Shown piece by piece: positions 47,470-56,266 of a DNA stretch of 64,000 nucleotides. Numbering within the stretch: the stretch's first letter is position 1; every line of letters starts with the position of its first letter. A model generated the notes under the pieces. The model did no database searches. It worked only from the letters and a program-made list of their open reading frames with translations, and was not told the DNA's origin. Origin of the DNA: Candidatus Bathyarchaeia archaeon (lineage in GTDB: Archaea; Thermoproteota; Bathyarchaeia; Bathyarchaeales; DTEX01). The position numbers and the translations under genes are program-made. Where the stretch lies: contig JAVZNR010000002.1 of assembly GCA_038882715.1 (NCBI GenBank), forward strand, positions 21,093 to 85,092, given 5' to 3'.

Positions 47470-47676
47470 GCTAACTCCTCCCTTTCATCATTATATAATG
47501 GGTTAACATGCGTTTGAATGAGCGCTATAGATGCTATATAAAAGTGATTTAAAAACTTTTTGAAGATGTATAAAAACCTGGGAAGATTTCACTTAAGTGT
47601 AACGCTGTTATATCTCATCCATGAATCCTTGAAAAGAGGATGGGCAAGCGATGCTTAAAGGATTAATTCTCTGCAG

Positions 47677-48681
47677 TTATTCAAATCTTCTATCTATTAT
47701 ATCTAATGCTTCGGGCCCAGTCCCTATAAGCGTCACCGGTATCTTTATTTCGCTCTCTATCTTCCTAATGAACTCTTTGGCTTCAGCAGATAAATCGCTA
47801 AATGACCTTGCACCCTTACATTCTGGGAATAGGACATCCATCTTGGTTACAGCAGCCTGCGTGGCGCTGTTAAGCATAACAGCCCTTTTAGCCAGATCAA
47901 AGTTGAACGGCGCAGCCCTCCTTCTCCTGCCAGTTACAGTAGCCACCTCAGCCCATCCTCTCTTCTCAGCTTCCTCCCACGGTATCTCGCCGGGTAGAGG
48001 CCCGGCCCCAACTCTGGTTACAAAAGCCTTAAAAACAATTATTACTTCATCAACTTTTTTCGGCCCAACTCCTACGTCTGAGCATGCCGCCGAAGCTGTC
48101 ACATCCTTAGATGTCACGTAGGGGTAGGTTCCGTGCCATAGGGATAAGTATGTCCCTTGGGTTCCTTCAATTAAAACGTTTTCTCCACAATCAATAGCGG
48201 TGTTGACTTCTAGGGGCACATCCACTAGGAAGCGTTGAAGTTCAGGCACATCCCTAGCGAGCTTCGCTTTCCTCAACACTCTGTCAGCATTACATGGCCC
48301 TGTTCCAGTCCCTGTCGTCTTTATTTCAGATGCCAAATGACCGCCTCTATCAGCCTCTATGTGTCTGGGCTCAATTATGGCGCACTGCGGGTCTAAGCCA
48401 GCTCTATTCTCAACACCTAATTGTTTGACCTCCTCTAGAAAGACGTTCGGGTCAACTAGGACGCCGGGGCCTATTAGTAGACGGCACTTTTCATAAAGGA
48501 ACGCGCTAGGTATCATGCGAACCCTATATGTTTTGCCACCGTGCACCACGGTGTGCCCTGCATTAGGCCCTACGCCAGCCCTAGCGGCAACGCTGATTTT
48601 ATCCTTTAACGCTAGATACGATATGATTTTGCCTTTTCCCGTGTCGCCGAAAAAGCCGCAAACAACAACGGTGCATGGCAT
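47677..48681 (-). CDS. purA: adenylosuccinate synthetase (short archaeal form)
   Basis: GFFGDTGKGK and GPNAGHTV motifs; 334 aa. Confidence 0.9.
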   Translation of the reverse strand: MPCTVVVCGFFGDTGKGKIISYLALKDKISVAARAGVGPNAGHTVVHGGKTYRVRMIPSAFLYEKCRLLIGPGVLVDPNVFLEEVKQLGVENRAGLDPQCAIIEPRHIEADRGGHLASEIKTTGTGTGPCNADRVLRKAKLARDVPELQRFLVDVPLEVNTAIDCGENVLIEGTQGTYLSLWHGTYPYVTSKDVTASAACSDVGVGPKKVDEVIIVFKAFVTRVGAGPLPGEIPWEEAEKRGWAEVATVTGRRRRAAPFNFDLAKRAVMLNSATQAAVTKMDVLFPECKGARSFSDLSAEAKEFIRKIESEIKIPVTLIGTGPEALDIIDRRFE

Positions 48682-48789
48682 ATCAGCTAACCTCCAAAGT
48701 AAAAATTATGCCTTTCTTCTATATATCTTTGCAAAAATTTATTCGCAAAATGTTGTGAGATAACGAGGAAAAGCTGGAGTTTAGTTGGT

Positions 48790-49362
48790 TTATCTACATT
48801 CTTGGCGATGAGCTCTACAATTGAGCGGACTTTTCCATTCTGTGTAATCGAGCATAACGTTTCTAAAGGCCTCTATGACGAGTTTAACCTTACTACTGGG
48901 TCTAGGCGGCTTAATATATAGCGTGAAAAGAAGCCTTCCCTCATGTCCTACCATGTGAAGCTGGCAAGTGTAAAGGGACGTCCCTTCCACAAGCGCTTCA
49001 AACGTCCAAGAAGGCCCATCTTCTCTTTTTGTGGACTTTAAGTAGCTTATCTTAACGTTTCTGAACGTTCTTGAACGAATCTCTCTCGCAACGTTAGAGT
49101 CACCTCTCAGCACGATTGTTATCCTTTCTAAGTGTGCCATGAACCGAAATGACTGAGTGAAGGTTGTCAGAATCTGTTCATCCGCCATTAACGGGTCTAT
49201 TAGGGGCAAACCGTTTAATTCCCTTTTCCTGAATAGCCTCTTTGAGTCATAGATTCCTGCGATGCGAAAGCTGCCTACGAACCACAGGGGCGTCATGCCT
49301 GTCGATATATTTATGTTAACCTCATCGCCGACCTCAACTTCCAGTTTTTGGGCTATGATCAA
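48790..49362 (-). CDS. hypothetical protein
   Basis: 190-aa ORF. The N-terminus (IIAQKLEVEVGDEVNI...FRIAGIYDS) faintly resembles a MacB/FtsX extracellular domain, but there are no TM helices. Confidence 0.3.
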   Translation of the reverse strand: MIIAQKLEVEVGDEVNINISTGMTPLWFVGSFRIAGIYDSKRLFRKRELNGLPLIDPLMADEQILTTFTQSFRFMAHLERITIVLRGDSNVAREIRSRTFRNVKISYLKSTKREDGPSWTFEALVEGTSLYTCQLHMVGHEGRLLFTLYIKPPRPSSKVKLVIEAFRNVMLDYTEWKSPLNCRAHRQECR

Positions 49363-49466
49363 GCTTATGAGAATTTAGGTATTAAATTGTGATTTTATTT
49401 TTTGGGAAACTTCTTAGTCTTCAGTTTTCACAGACTTATATATTTGAATGAATTTGATTTTATGTT

Positions 49467-50225
49467 ATGCGCATAATTAGGATAATTCCCGTAACCGGGT
49501 TGCCCATAATCAGGGATGGGGACGATTTAGGTTTACTGATATGTGAGGCTGCAGCTAAACAGGGCACTCCAATAGAGGACGGAGACATAATTGTTGTAAC
49601 ACATGTAATCGTGTCGAGAGCTGAAGGAAACGTGGTAAACCTTGATGATATTGTTCCCTCAGAGTTCGCTAAGACGATAGCCGGCGAGTTCGGCAAAGAT
49701 CCAGCCCTAGTCGAGGTTGTTTTGAGGGAATCTAAATCGATTGTCCGCATGGGCGACGGCCACATAATCTCTGAAACAAAGCATGGCTTCATATGCGCAA
49801 ACGCTGGGGTAGATAAATCCAATGTTCCGGGCGAAAGAAACGTAGCCCTGCTTCCTAAAGACCCAGATTCATCAGCTAGGAGAATAAGGGAGAGAATTAA
49901 AGAGGTCTCGGGGAGGGATGTGGCCGTTTTAATCTCGGATACTCATGGTAGACCGCTGCGTAATGGCGAGATAAATGTGGCGATCGGCGTATCGGGAATT
50001 AAGCCTATCAGAGATAGGCGGGGCGAGAAGGATTTGTTTGGGTATACGCTTAGGGTTAAGCAGACAGCCATAGCCGATGAGCTGGCTTCAGCGGCTGAGC
50101 TGGTTATAGGGCAGGCTGATGAAGGCATACCTGTAGCCATAATTAGGGGCTACCCGTATGAGAAGTCCGAGGATGCGACGGGCCGCGACCTTATAAGGAC
50201 GCGGGAGAAAGACCTATTTATCTGA
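49467..50225 (+). CDS. cofE: coenzyme F420-0:L-glutamate ligase
   Basis: GDIIVVTHVIVSRAEG, ICANAGVDKSN, LISDTHGRPLRNG and AIADELASAAELV. Confidence 0.85.
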   Translation: MRIIRIIPVTGLPIIRDGDDLGLLICEAAAKQGTPIEDGDIIVVTHVIVSRAEGNVVNLDDIVPSEFAKTIAGEFGKDPALVEVVLRESKSIVRMGDGHIISETKHGFICANAGVDKSNVPGERNVALLPKDPDSSARRIRERIKEVSGRDVAVLISDTHGRPLRNGEINVAIGVSGIKPIRDRRGEKDLFGYTLRVKQTAIADELASAAELVIGQADEGIPVAIIRGYPYEKSEDATGRDLIRTREKDLFI

Positions 50226-50231
50226 GAGATC

Positions 50232-50873
50232 TTATGGCATGTTACAAGCGTTAAGCCCTTTCCTGATGATGGTCTCGGCCTTCCTTAGGTCTAGGGGCGT
50301 GTTAATGTTGAGAAAAGTGAGCATTTTCGGATCGATTTCTTGGATAACTATGGTTGATATGTAGCGGACGCTTTTAAGCAGCGATATCATTGACTGCATC
50401 CTTTTCTCGCCTTTCTCAATAGCCTTTCTCGCAGCCTCCAGCGCAGTCTTCGTCCTATAAACTGCTTGCAGGGGCTCTATATAATCATTCGGCCACCTTG
50501 GAATAACGGCGTCAACGTTAACCGCTATATCAAACAGCAAATCTACAACTTTCCTTGAGACGAATGGTGTGTCGCATGGCAATATGATGGCATATTCGCT
50601 GCCAGCGCTCGTAAACCCGGTAATTGCTCCAGTAAGCGGACATGGTGGAAGACCTTCGAGGTCGGCAACCACTTTAAATTTATCGGGAAGCAACTGTAAA
50701 TATGAGGTTGATTGGCTCTCCGACCTCACGCAGACAATTACTTCATCTACTAGGTCTAGAACCCTCTCAATAACATGTAGTATCAGCGGTTTACCAGCTA
50801 ACTGAACAAGCCCCTTATCAGATCCAAACCTCTGCGAGCCGCCGCCAGCAAGAATTATAGCTGCCCTATCCAA
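50232..50873 (-). CDS. mobA: MobA-like nucleotidyl(guanylyl)transferase
   Basis: AIILAGGGSQRFGSDKGLVQLAGKPLI N-terminal signature. Confidence 0.7.
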   Translation of the reverse strand: MDRAAIILAGGGSQRFGSDKGLVQLAGKPLILHVIERVLDLVDEVIVCVRSESQSTSYLQLLPDKFKVVADLEGLPPCPLTGAITGFTSAGSEYAIILPCDTPFVSRKVVDLLFDIAVNVDAVIPRWPNDYIEPLQAVYRTKTALEAARKAIEKGEKRMQSMISLLKSVRYISTIVIQEIDPKMLTFLNINTPLDLRKAETIIRKGLNACNMP

Positions 50874-51765
50874 TTCTTTCTTCTCCCTTCTTCACTTTAA
50901 AAATAACGTACTTGACAATCTCATCCGCTATATTAATGCTTGTCACCTCCTGTAAGCCCCTCCAGCCTGGTTGGCTATTAATCTCAACTATGAAGGGGCC
51001 TCTTTCGCTCTCTAGTATATCTACGCCGCTTACTTCGCAGCCAACAACCTCCGCAGCCTTCACTGCCATGTCTTCGATCTCCCTTGTAGGCTTATAGGGG
51101 GCGGGTTTAGCTCCGAGGCTAATGTTAGTCTTCCATAAACTTGAGATGCGGCGCATCGCGGATAAAACCGAACCCCCTAAAACGAGCACTCTTAAATCAT
51201 AGTTTCCATGCGGTATATACTCTTGAACATATATGACTTGATTGTAAAACTCAAGGGTTCTGAATATCCTCTCGGCAACATCAGGGTCAGAAACCCTTGT
51301 TGAACCTATTCCACGCGAACCAAATATCGGCTTAACAACAACGTCTCCGCCAAGCTCGTGAAATGCCTTGAGGGCTTCTCCAGCGCTTTCAGCCACAATT
51401 GTCCGCGGCACAGGTAGCCCAGCCTCCTCAAGAAGCGATAAAGCGTAATACTTGTCAACCGACCGTTCAATAGCGTGCGGAGGGTTCAGTATGTAGAGAC
51501 CCAGCCTTTTAAGCCTATGTAGTAGATCCATCCTAAATATTATTTCTTCGAGTGAACCGCGCCCAATCGGGCGAACTATTATGGCTTCTAGATCCCTTAA
51601 AACGTCGGTGTTTTCGAGGGAAACCTCAGGTTTAAACCCAACCCTCGCCACAAGATTTGGAAAACTGAAGCAGACTGGCTGAAAACCATGCTTAAGAACG
51701 GCTTCTCTTAACTGAGTTGAGCACCAGGAATCCTCGTTCCGCGTCAAAATACCTATTTTCCCCAT
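50866..51765 (-). CDS. RimK-family ATP-grasp alpha-L-glutamate ligase
   Basis: MGKIGILTRNEDSW start chosen (the track ORF extends to 51810). ATP-grasp motifs VVVKPIFGSRGIG and VEINSQPGW. Overlaps the mobA-like gene by 8 nt. Confidence 0.8.
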   Translation of the reverse strand: MGKIGILTRNEDSWCSTQLREAVLKHGFQPVCFSFPNLVARVGFKPEVSLENTDVLRDLEAIIVRPIGRGSLEEIIFRMDLLHRLKRLGLYILNPPHAIERSVDKYYALSLLEEAGLPVPRTIVAESAGEALKAFHELGGDVVVKPIFGSRGIGSTRVSDPDVAERIFRTLEFYNQVIYVQEYIPHGNYDLRVLVLGGSVLSAMRRISSLWKTNISLGAKPAPYKPTREIEDMAVKAAEVVGCEVSGVDILESERGPFIVEINSQPGWRGLQEVTSINIADEIVKYVIFKVKKGEERIG

Positions 51766-51849
51766 ATCTTTCACAAGGATGATAAAGCGTTTTTTCCTCA
51801 ATATATACATGGCGAACTATAACTTTTAAGTGAAACTAGTTAGGTTTAA

Positions 51850-52977
51850 ATGAAGGGTATGGGCTCAGTATATTCTATGAGAACCCACTCGCTATCTTCT
51901 AGAGAGAATTACTTAAGGAGCGTTGAATTCAGAAGTCCGGAGTACATACCGTGCCGAGTAATGGTCACATGGCCCCTCTGGCTCGCATATGGGGAGAAAC
52001 TTGAGAGAATATATCAGGCACATAAATTTGTCATCCAACCTAAAGACGTCCACCCTTCTTGGAAAGACGTCATTAAATCAAATGAAAAGCTAAGCGATGC
52101 GCAGCGGTTTATTCCGAGAGCAAGCCGCATGCTTACAGATCCCTTCGGATGCGTATGGAGCTTCAACATAGAAGGCTATCAAGGCCAAGTTGTAAGGCAT
52201 CCGCTCGAAAGATGGGAGAACTTTAAAAACTATGTTTTTCCAGACCCGGAGAAGGGTTTGCCCTCAGAGGGTTCAGATAAACTTACACCTTGGAGCGAGA
52301 TAGCAACAAATATCGAGAGGATGAGATTTGAGGGAAAACTGGTTCAAATATCGCTCACGCACGGCTTATTTTTCCAGAGACTCTACTATCTACGCGGCTT
52401 CACAAATTTAATGAAGGATTTCATGCAGCGGCCGCCGCAGATCTACGAATTGGTGGATAAGCTAACCGAGTATATTTTAGAGCTGGTTGATAGGCTTCTG
52501 GAATGCGGTCGAATAGACGTTGTATATATTGGGGATGATTTAGGAACTCAGACAAGAATGCCCATCAGCCCATCCACATTCAGAGAATTCATATACCCAA
52601 GCTATAGGAAAATCTTTGGGAGAATAAGGGATAGGGGAGTTCACGTGTATTTCCACTCGGATGGACACGTTGTAGAAGTATTGGATCAGATTATTGAGGC
52701 TGGAGCAAGCGTGCTGAACGTTCAGGACAGAGTGAACGGCTTAGAAAACATAAGAGCTTTATGCAGGGGCAAGGTATGCGTGGACATTGATGTTGATAGG
52801 CAGTATCTCGTGCCTTTCGGGAAACCGGAGGAAATTAAATCCCACATTAAAAGGATTGTTGAATGCCTCTCTCTGAAGAGGGGTGGTTTAATGATTGAGG
52901 CGGAGGTTCACCCGCCAACACCGCTAGCCAACATTGAGGCTCTCGCCGAATCCATGGAGGAGAATATGTGGCTGTGA
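51850..52977 (+). CDS. URO-D family protein
   Basis: GLFFQRLYYLRGFTNLMKDF...VVYIGDDLGTQTRMPISPSTFREFIYPSYRKIF...VYFHSDGHVVEVLDQIIEAGASVLNVQD. Confidence 0.75.
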   Translation: MKGMGSVYSMRTHSLSSRENYLRSVEFRSPEYIPCRVMVTWPLWLAYGEKLERIYQAHKFVIQPKDVHPSWKDVIKSNEKLSDAQRFIPRASRMLTDPFGCVWSFNIEGYQGQVVRHPLERWENFKNYVFPDPEKGLPSEGSDKLTPWSEIATNIERMRFEGKLVQISLTHGLFFQRLYYLRGFTNLMKDFMQRPPQIYELVDKLTEYILELVDRLLECGRIDVVYIGDDLGTQTRMPISPSTFREFIYPSYRKIFGRIRDRGVHVYFHSDGHVVEVLDQIIEAGASVLNVQDRVNGLENIRALCRGKVCVDIDVDRQYLVPFGKPEEIKSHIKRIVECLSLKRGGLMIEAEVHPPTPLANIEALAESMEENMWL

Positions 52978-53030
52978 GCCCTATCCGCTATTGCAATGCT
53001 GTTTCTGAACGAAATATTCTGCCCGCTTAG

Positions 53031-53987
53031 CTAGAAGGTTAGAACCCCCTTGATGTAGTCTAGCGGCTTTTTTGAGGCTAGCTCAAAGGCTTCCTGAGCC
53101 TTCAAGTACGGGAATACGTGGGTTATTAAAGGTTTTTGATCAATAACCCCCTTCCTAAGAAGGCTTACGGCGTCGATGAAATCTTTGTTAAAGTTTTCGG
53201 AGAAGGATGGAGAAGTATTCAGTATCGTTAACCCTTTTACATGCCATTTCTCCGTTGGAACTTTCTCGTCAACCACATGTCTCCCAAAGATAACGAGTCT
53301 TCCACCGCTCCGAACTAAATCCGTCGCTAAATCAATGGTTCCAGGTGCCCCTGATGCTTCAATCACAATATCCGCTTCTCCGCCAAGTATCTCGAAGGTC
53401 TCCTTTACTACATTATTTCTCGAAGGGTTAAGAGTGTGCTTAACCCCGAACTTCTTAGCTAGATCTAGACATTTGTCTCTAATATCGATCGCGACGATCT
53501 CGCCGACAGTATCCTTCGGTACGAGTTGAATTAATAGTAGACCCATGTAGCCGCAACCGACAATACAGACTTTGTCGCCTACCCTAATATTAGAACCCTT
53601 TATCCCTGTAACAGCGCAGGCTAATGGCTCCGAGACCCAATAGATTAAATCTTTTTCATCGATATTTTCAGGGATCTTCGCCACGTTCCGTCTCTCCGTC
53701 TTATAGTACTCGGCAAAGGCTGGTCCACCGAGCGCCGTAACCTTATCTCCGGGCTTAATGTCTTTAACATCTTCTCCGACCTCGGCAACGATCCCTACAC
53801 CCTCATGACCCATAATTTTTCCTCCGGGGAGCTTCCCTTGAAATACGTAGACTTCCCCCATGCATATCCCGCAAGCCTTGGTCTCTATTAATACTTCGTT
53901 TCTCCTCGGCTTCGGGATGTCTGCCTCAACTATTTTGGCGACGCTTTTATCTAGAAATATGCCTCGCATCCTCGCCATATGGATCAC
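53031..53987 (-). CDS. zinc-dependent alcohol dehydrogenase (MDR family)
   Basis: CGICMGE, GHEGVGIV and GCGYMGL (Rossmann). Confidence 0.85.
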   Translation of the reverse strand: MIHMARMRGIFLDKSVAKIVEADIPKPRRNEVLIETKACGICMGEVYVFQGKLPGGKIMGHEGVGIVAEVGEDVKDIKPGDKVTALGGPAFAEYYKTERRNVAKIPENIDEKDLIYWVSEPLACAVTGIKGSNIRVGDKVCIVGCGYMGLLLIQLVPKDTVGEIVAIDIRDKCLDLAKKFGVKHTLNPSRNNVVKETFEILGGEADIVIEASGAPGTIDLATDLVRSGGRLVIFGRHVVDEKVPTEKWHVKGLTILNTSPSFSENFNKDFIDAVSLLRKGVIDQKPLITHVFPYLKAQEAFELASKKPLDYIKGVLTF

Positions 53988-54086
53988 GGTCTCAATTTTC
54001 GATTTTAAGATATTTAAAATGCTCTGAAGTATATATTGTCCTGTTAGCTGTTTTATGATACTGTGATTGTGATAATGGTGGTTTGA

Positions 54087-54779
54087 TTGGAGGTCTACGT
54101 GGGAACATCCGGATGGATGTATGGCTGGAATACGGGAGGAAACCTAGACTGGTATGTTCAAAATTCTGGTTTAAACGCCGTGGAGCTGAACGCGAGCTTT
54201 TATAGGTTTCCTTCTTTAAACGCTGTAAAGACTTGGAGAGTTAAGGGTGAAAGGCTTAAATGGGCTATTAAAGTTAACAGGTTGATAACCCATGTATTTA
54301 AATTCAATGATAGGGCCTTTGAATTATGGCTTAGGTTCAAAGAACTATTTAGCGTCATGGATCATTTAATAGACTTCTACCTCTTCCAGCTTCCGCCGTC
54401 AATTAAAGCATCTTATGCTCAAAGGATAGAGAAGTTCTTCGCTAGAACCGAAATCGGGCAAAGATTCGTCCTAGAAGTCAGAGATCTCTCATGGTTTAAT
54501 GAGAACACCGTTAAATGGGCTTCCAATCTCGGCATGGCTCTTGTAAGCGTTGATTCGCCAGACTTTCCAAGAGAAATTTTTAACATTAATGGCACAATAT
54601 ATTTGAGAATGCATGGAAGAACCTTTTGGTACTCCCATAACTATAGCGATGAAGAGCTGGCGGATGTGAAAGAAAAAATTCTGAGAACCAGCCCTGAAAA
54701 AGTCTACATATTCTTTAACAATAATACAAACATGCTGCGTAACGCTCAACATATGTTCAAGAAACTTGCATCTCCATAA
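54087..54779 (+). CDS. DUF72 family protein
   Basis: VYVGTSGWMY...AVELNASFYRFP N-terminal signature. Confidence 0.8.
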   Translation: MEVYVGTSGWMYGWNTGGNLDWYVQNSGLNAVELNASFYRFPSLNAVKTWRVKGERLKWAIKVNRLITHVFKFNDRAFELWLRFKELFSVMDHLIDFYLFQLPPSIKASYAQRIEKFFARTEIGQRFVLEVRDLSWFNENTVKWASNLGMALVSVDSPDFPREIFNINGTIYLRMHGRTFWYSHNYSDEELADVKEKILRTSPEKVYIFFNNNTNMLRNAQHMFKKLASP

Positions 54780-54788
54780 GCGTTCTTT

Positions 54789-56141
54789 TCATCCAGACCG
54801 TATTACTTCCGCTTCTAAATAGTTTACGTGGGCCGCTGTTACCTCAACACTAATGAATTTTCCAAGCAGATTCTCCCCACTCTTAACAACTATCGGTTTA
54901 TAAGCATAGTTTCTTCCAATCCATGAGTCTCCCTGCCCCTTCTCGTCAACAAGCACTTCACCCCTCCATCCAACCCACCTATAGTTTCTCTTCAAAGAGA
55001 TTTTATTCGCAGCATTTGTCATTAAACGGCTTCTGTAAGCGACCTCTTTGCTCTCAACCTGCCTCATTCTAGCGGCCAACGTGTTCGGCCTAGGGAAGAA
55101 CTTAGATATGTTAACCACATCCGGTTCAACCTCCTCCACTAGCCTTAGGGTCTTTTCAAATGCCTCCCTGCTTTCTCCCGGAAAACCACATATGATGTCT
55201 GTGGCGATGGTGATGTCTGGAAAATCCTTTCTGAATGCTTTGACTATAGCCTTAAATTCCTCAACGGTGTATTTACGGTTCATCATCTTTAAAACATCGT
55301 TATCTCCGCTTTGAACCGGCAGATGAAGAAACTTGAAGATCCGCTCGTCTTTATAGACATCTATTAGTTCAGGCAACATCCTTATAGCATGGTTTGGGTT
55401 CATCATGCCAACCCTTATGAAGAATCTGCCGCCAATGCGACAGCACTCTTTAAGTAGATCAACAAGATTTGTGCCAGCATCTAATCCATATGCTCCGTTA
55501 TCTTGGGATGTCAACCAAACCTCCTTAACCCCCTCAGAAACGGCTTCCTTAAGCCTTTCCACTATGAGCTCTTTTGGATAAGAGAAGAGCACGCCTCTGG
55601 CAAATCTAACGCAGCAAAACGAGCATGCGCCTAAACATCCCTCGGCTATAGGAATAATTTCAATCGCTTGATTAACCCTGATCTTCGGCTGCCCAACCTT
55701 AATAACTGGTTTTTCGGAAAAGAGAATTCTTCCCCTCTCATTTTTTTCCGCGGCTTTCAACGCTAAACCAATCTTGTCAACGCTATATGGATCTAAAACC
55801 GCCGATATGTTTTGGGAAGCCTTCATTATCGCATTAAGGTTTATTTTTGGTAGGCAGCCTGCCACTATGATTGGTTTATCGAGGTTGCTCAGCGCCCGCA
55901 GCCTACTCAATATGCGGTCTTCAGTGGGCTTTTTAACGCCGCAAGTATTCATTAGAATCACGTTGGCTTCTTCGGGTTTACTGACTGGGCTATAGCCTGA
56001 GCGAAAAATATATGCAAGCATTATTTCGAGGTCAGCTTTATTCGCTGCGCAACCATAGTTTTCAATATAGATGGTTCTTCCTAAACCAGTCTTCCCTTCG
56101 ATGATTAAGGTCTCTGAATCAAGAGTAGATTCACTATACAT
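54789..56141 (-). CDS. archaeal MiaB/CDKAL1-type tRNA methylthiotransferase (radical SAM)
   Basis: N-terminal UPF0004 Cys residues (YGCAANK, NTCGVK, AGC), radical SAM CLGACSFCCV, C-terminal TRAM-like domain. Confidence 0.85.
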   Translation of the reverse strand: MYSESTLDSETLIIEGKTGLGRTIYIENYGCAANKADLEIMLAYIFRSGYSPVSKPEEANVILMNTCGVKKPTEDRILSRLRALSNLDKPIIVAGCLPKINLNAIMKASQNISAVLDPYSVDKIGLALKAAEKNERGRILFSEKPVIKVGQPKIRVNQAIEIIPIAEGCLGACSFCCVRFARGVLFSYPKELIVERLKEAVSEGVKEVWLTSQDNGAYGLDAGTNLVDLLKECCRIGGRFFIRVGMMNPNHAIRMLPELIDVYKDERIFKFLHLPVQSGDNDVLKMMNRKYTVEEFKAIVKAFRKDFPDITIATDIICGFPGESREAFEKTLRLVEEVEPDVVNISKFFPRPNTLAARMRQVESKEVAYRSRLMTNAANKISLKRNYRWVGWRGEVLVDEKGQGDSWIGRNYAYKPIVVKSGENLLGKFISVEVTAAHVNYLEAEVIRSG

Positions 56142-56266
56142 TTTTCAACTAAGTCAAATAGATAAGGTGCCGGTCATATAAACTTGCATCTTTGCCTAAA
56201 CAATACCTTATCTGTCTCAGCTAGAACTAAACCTTAATCTTCCTCATCAGCCTAAATTAATTTTAG

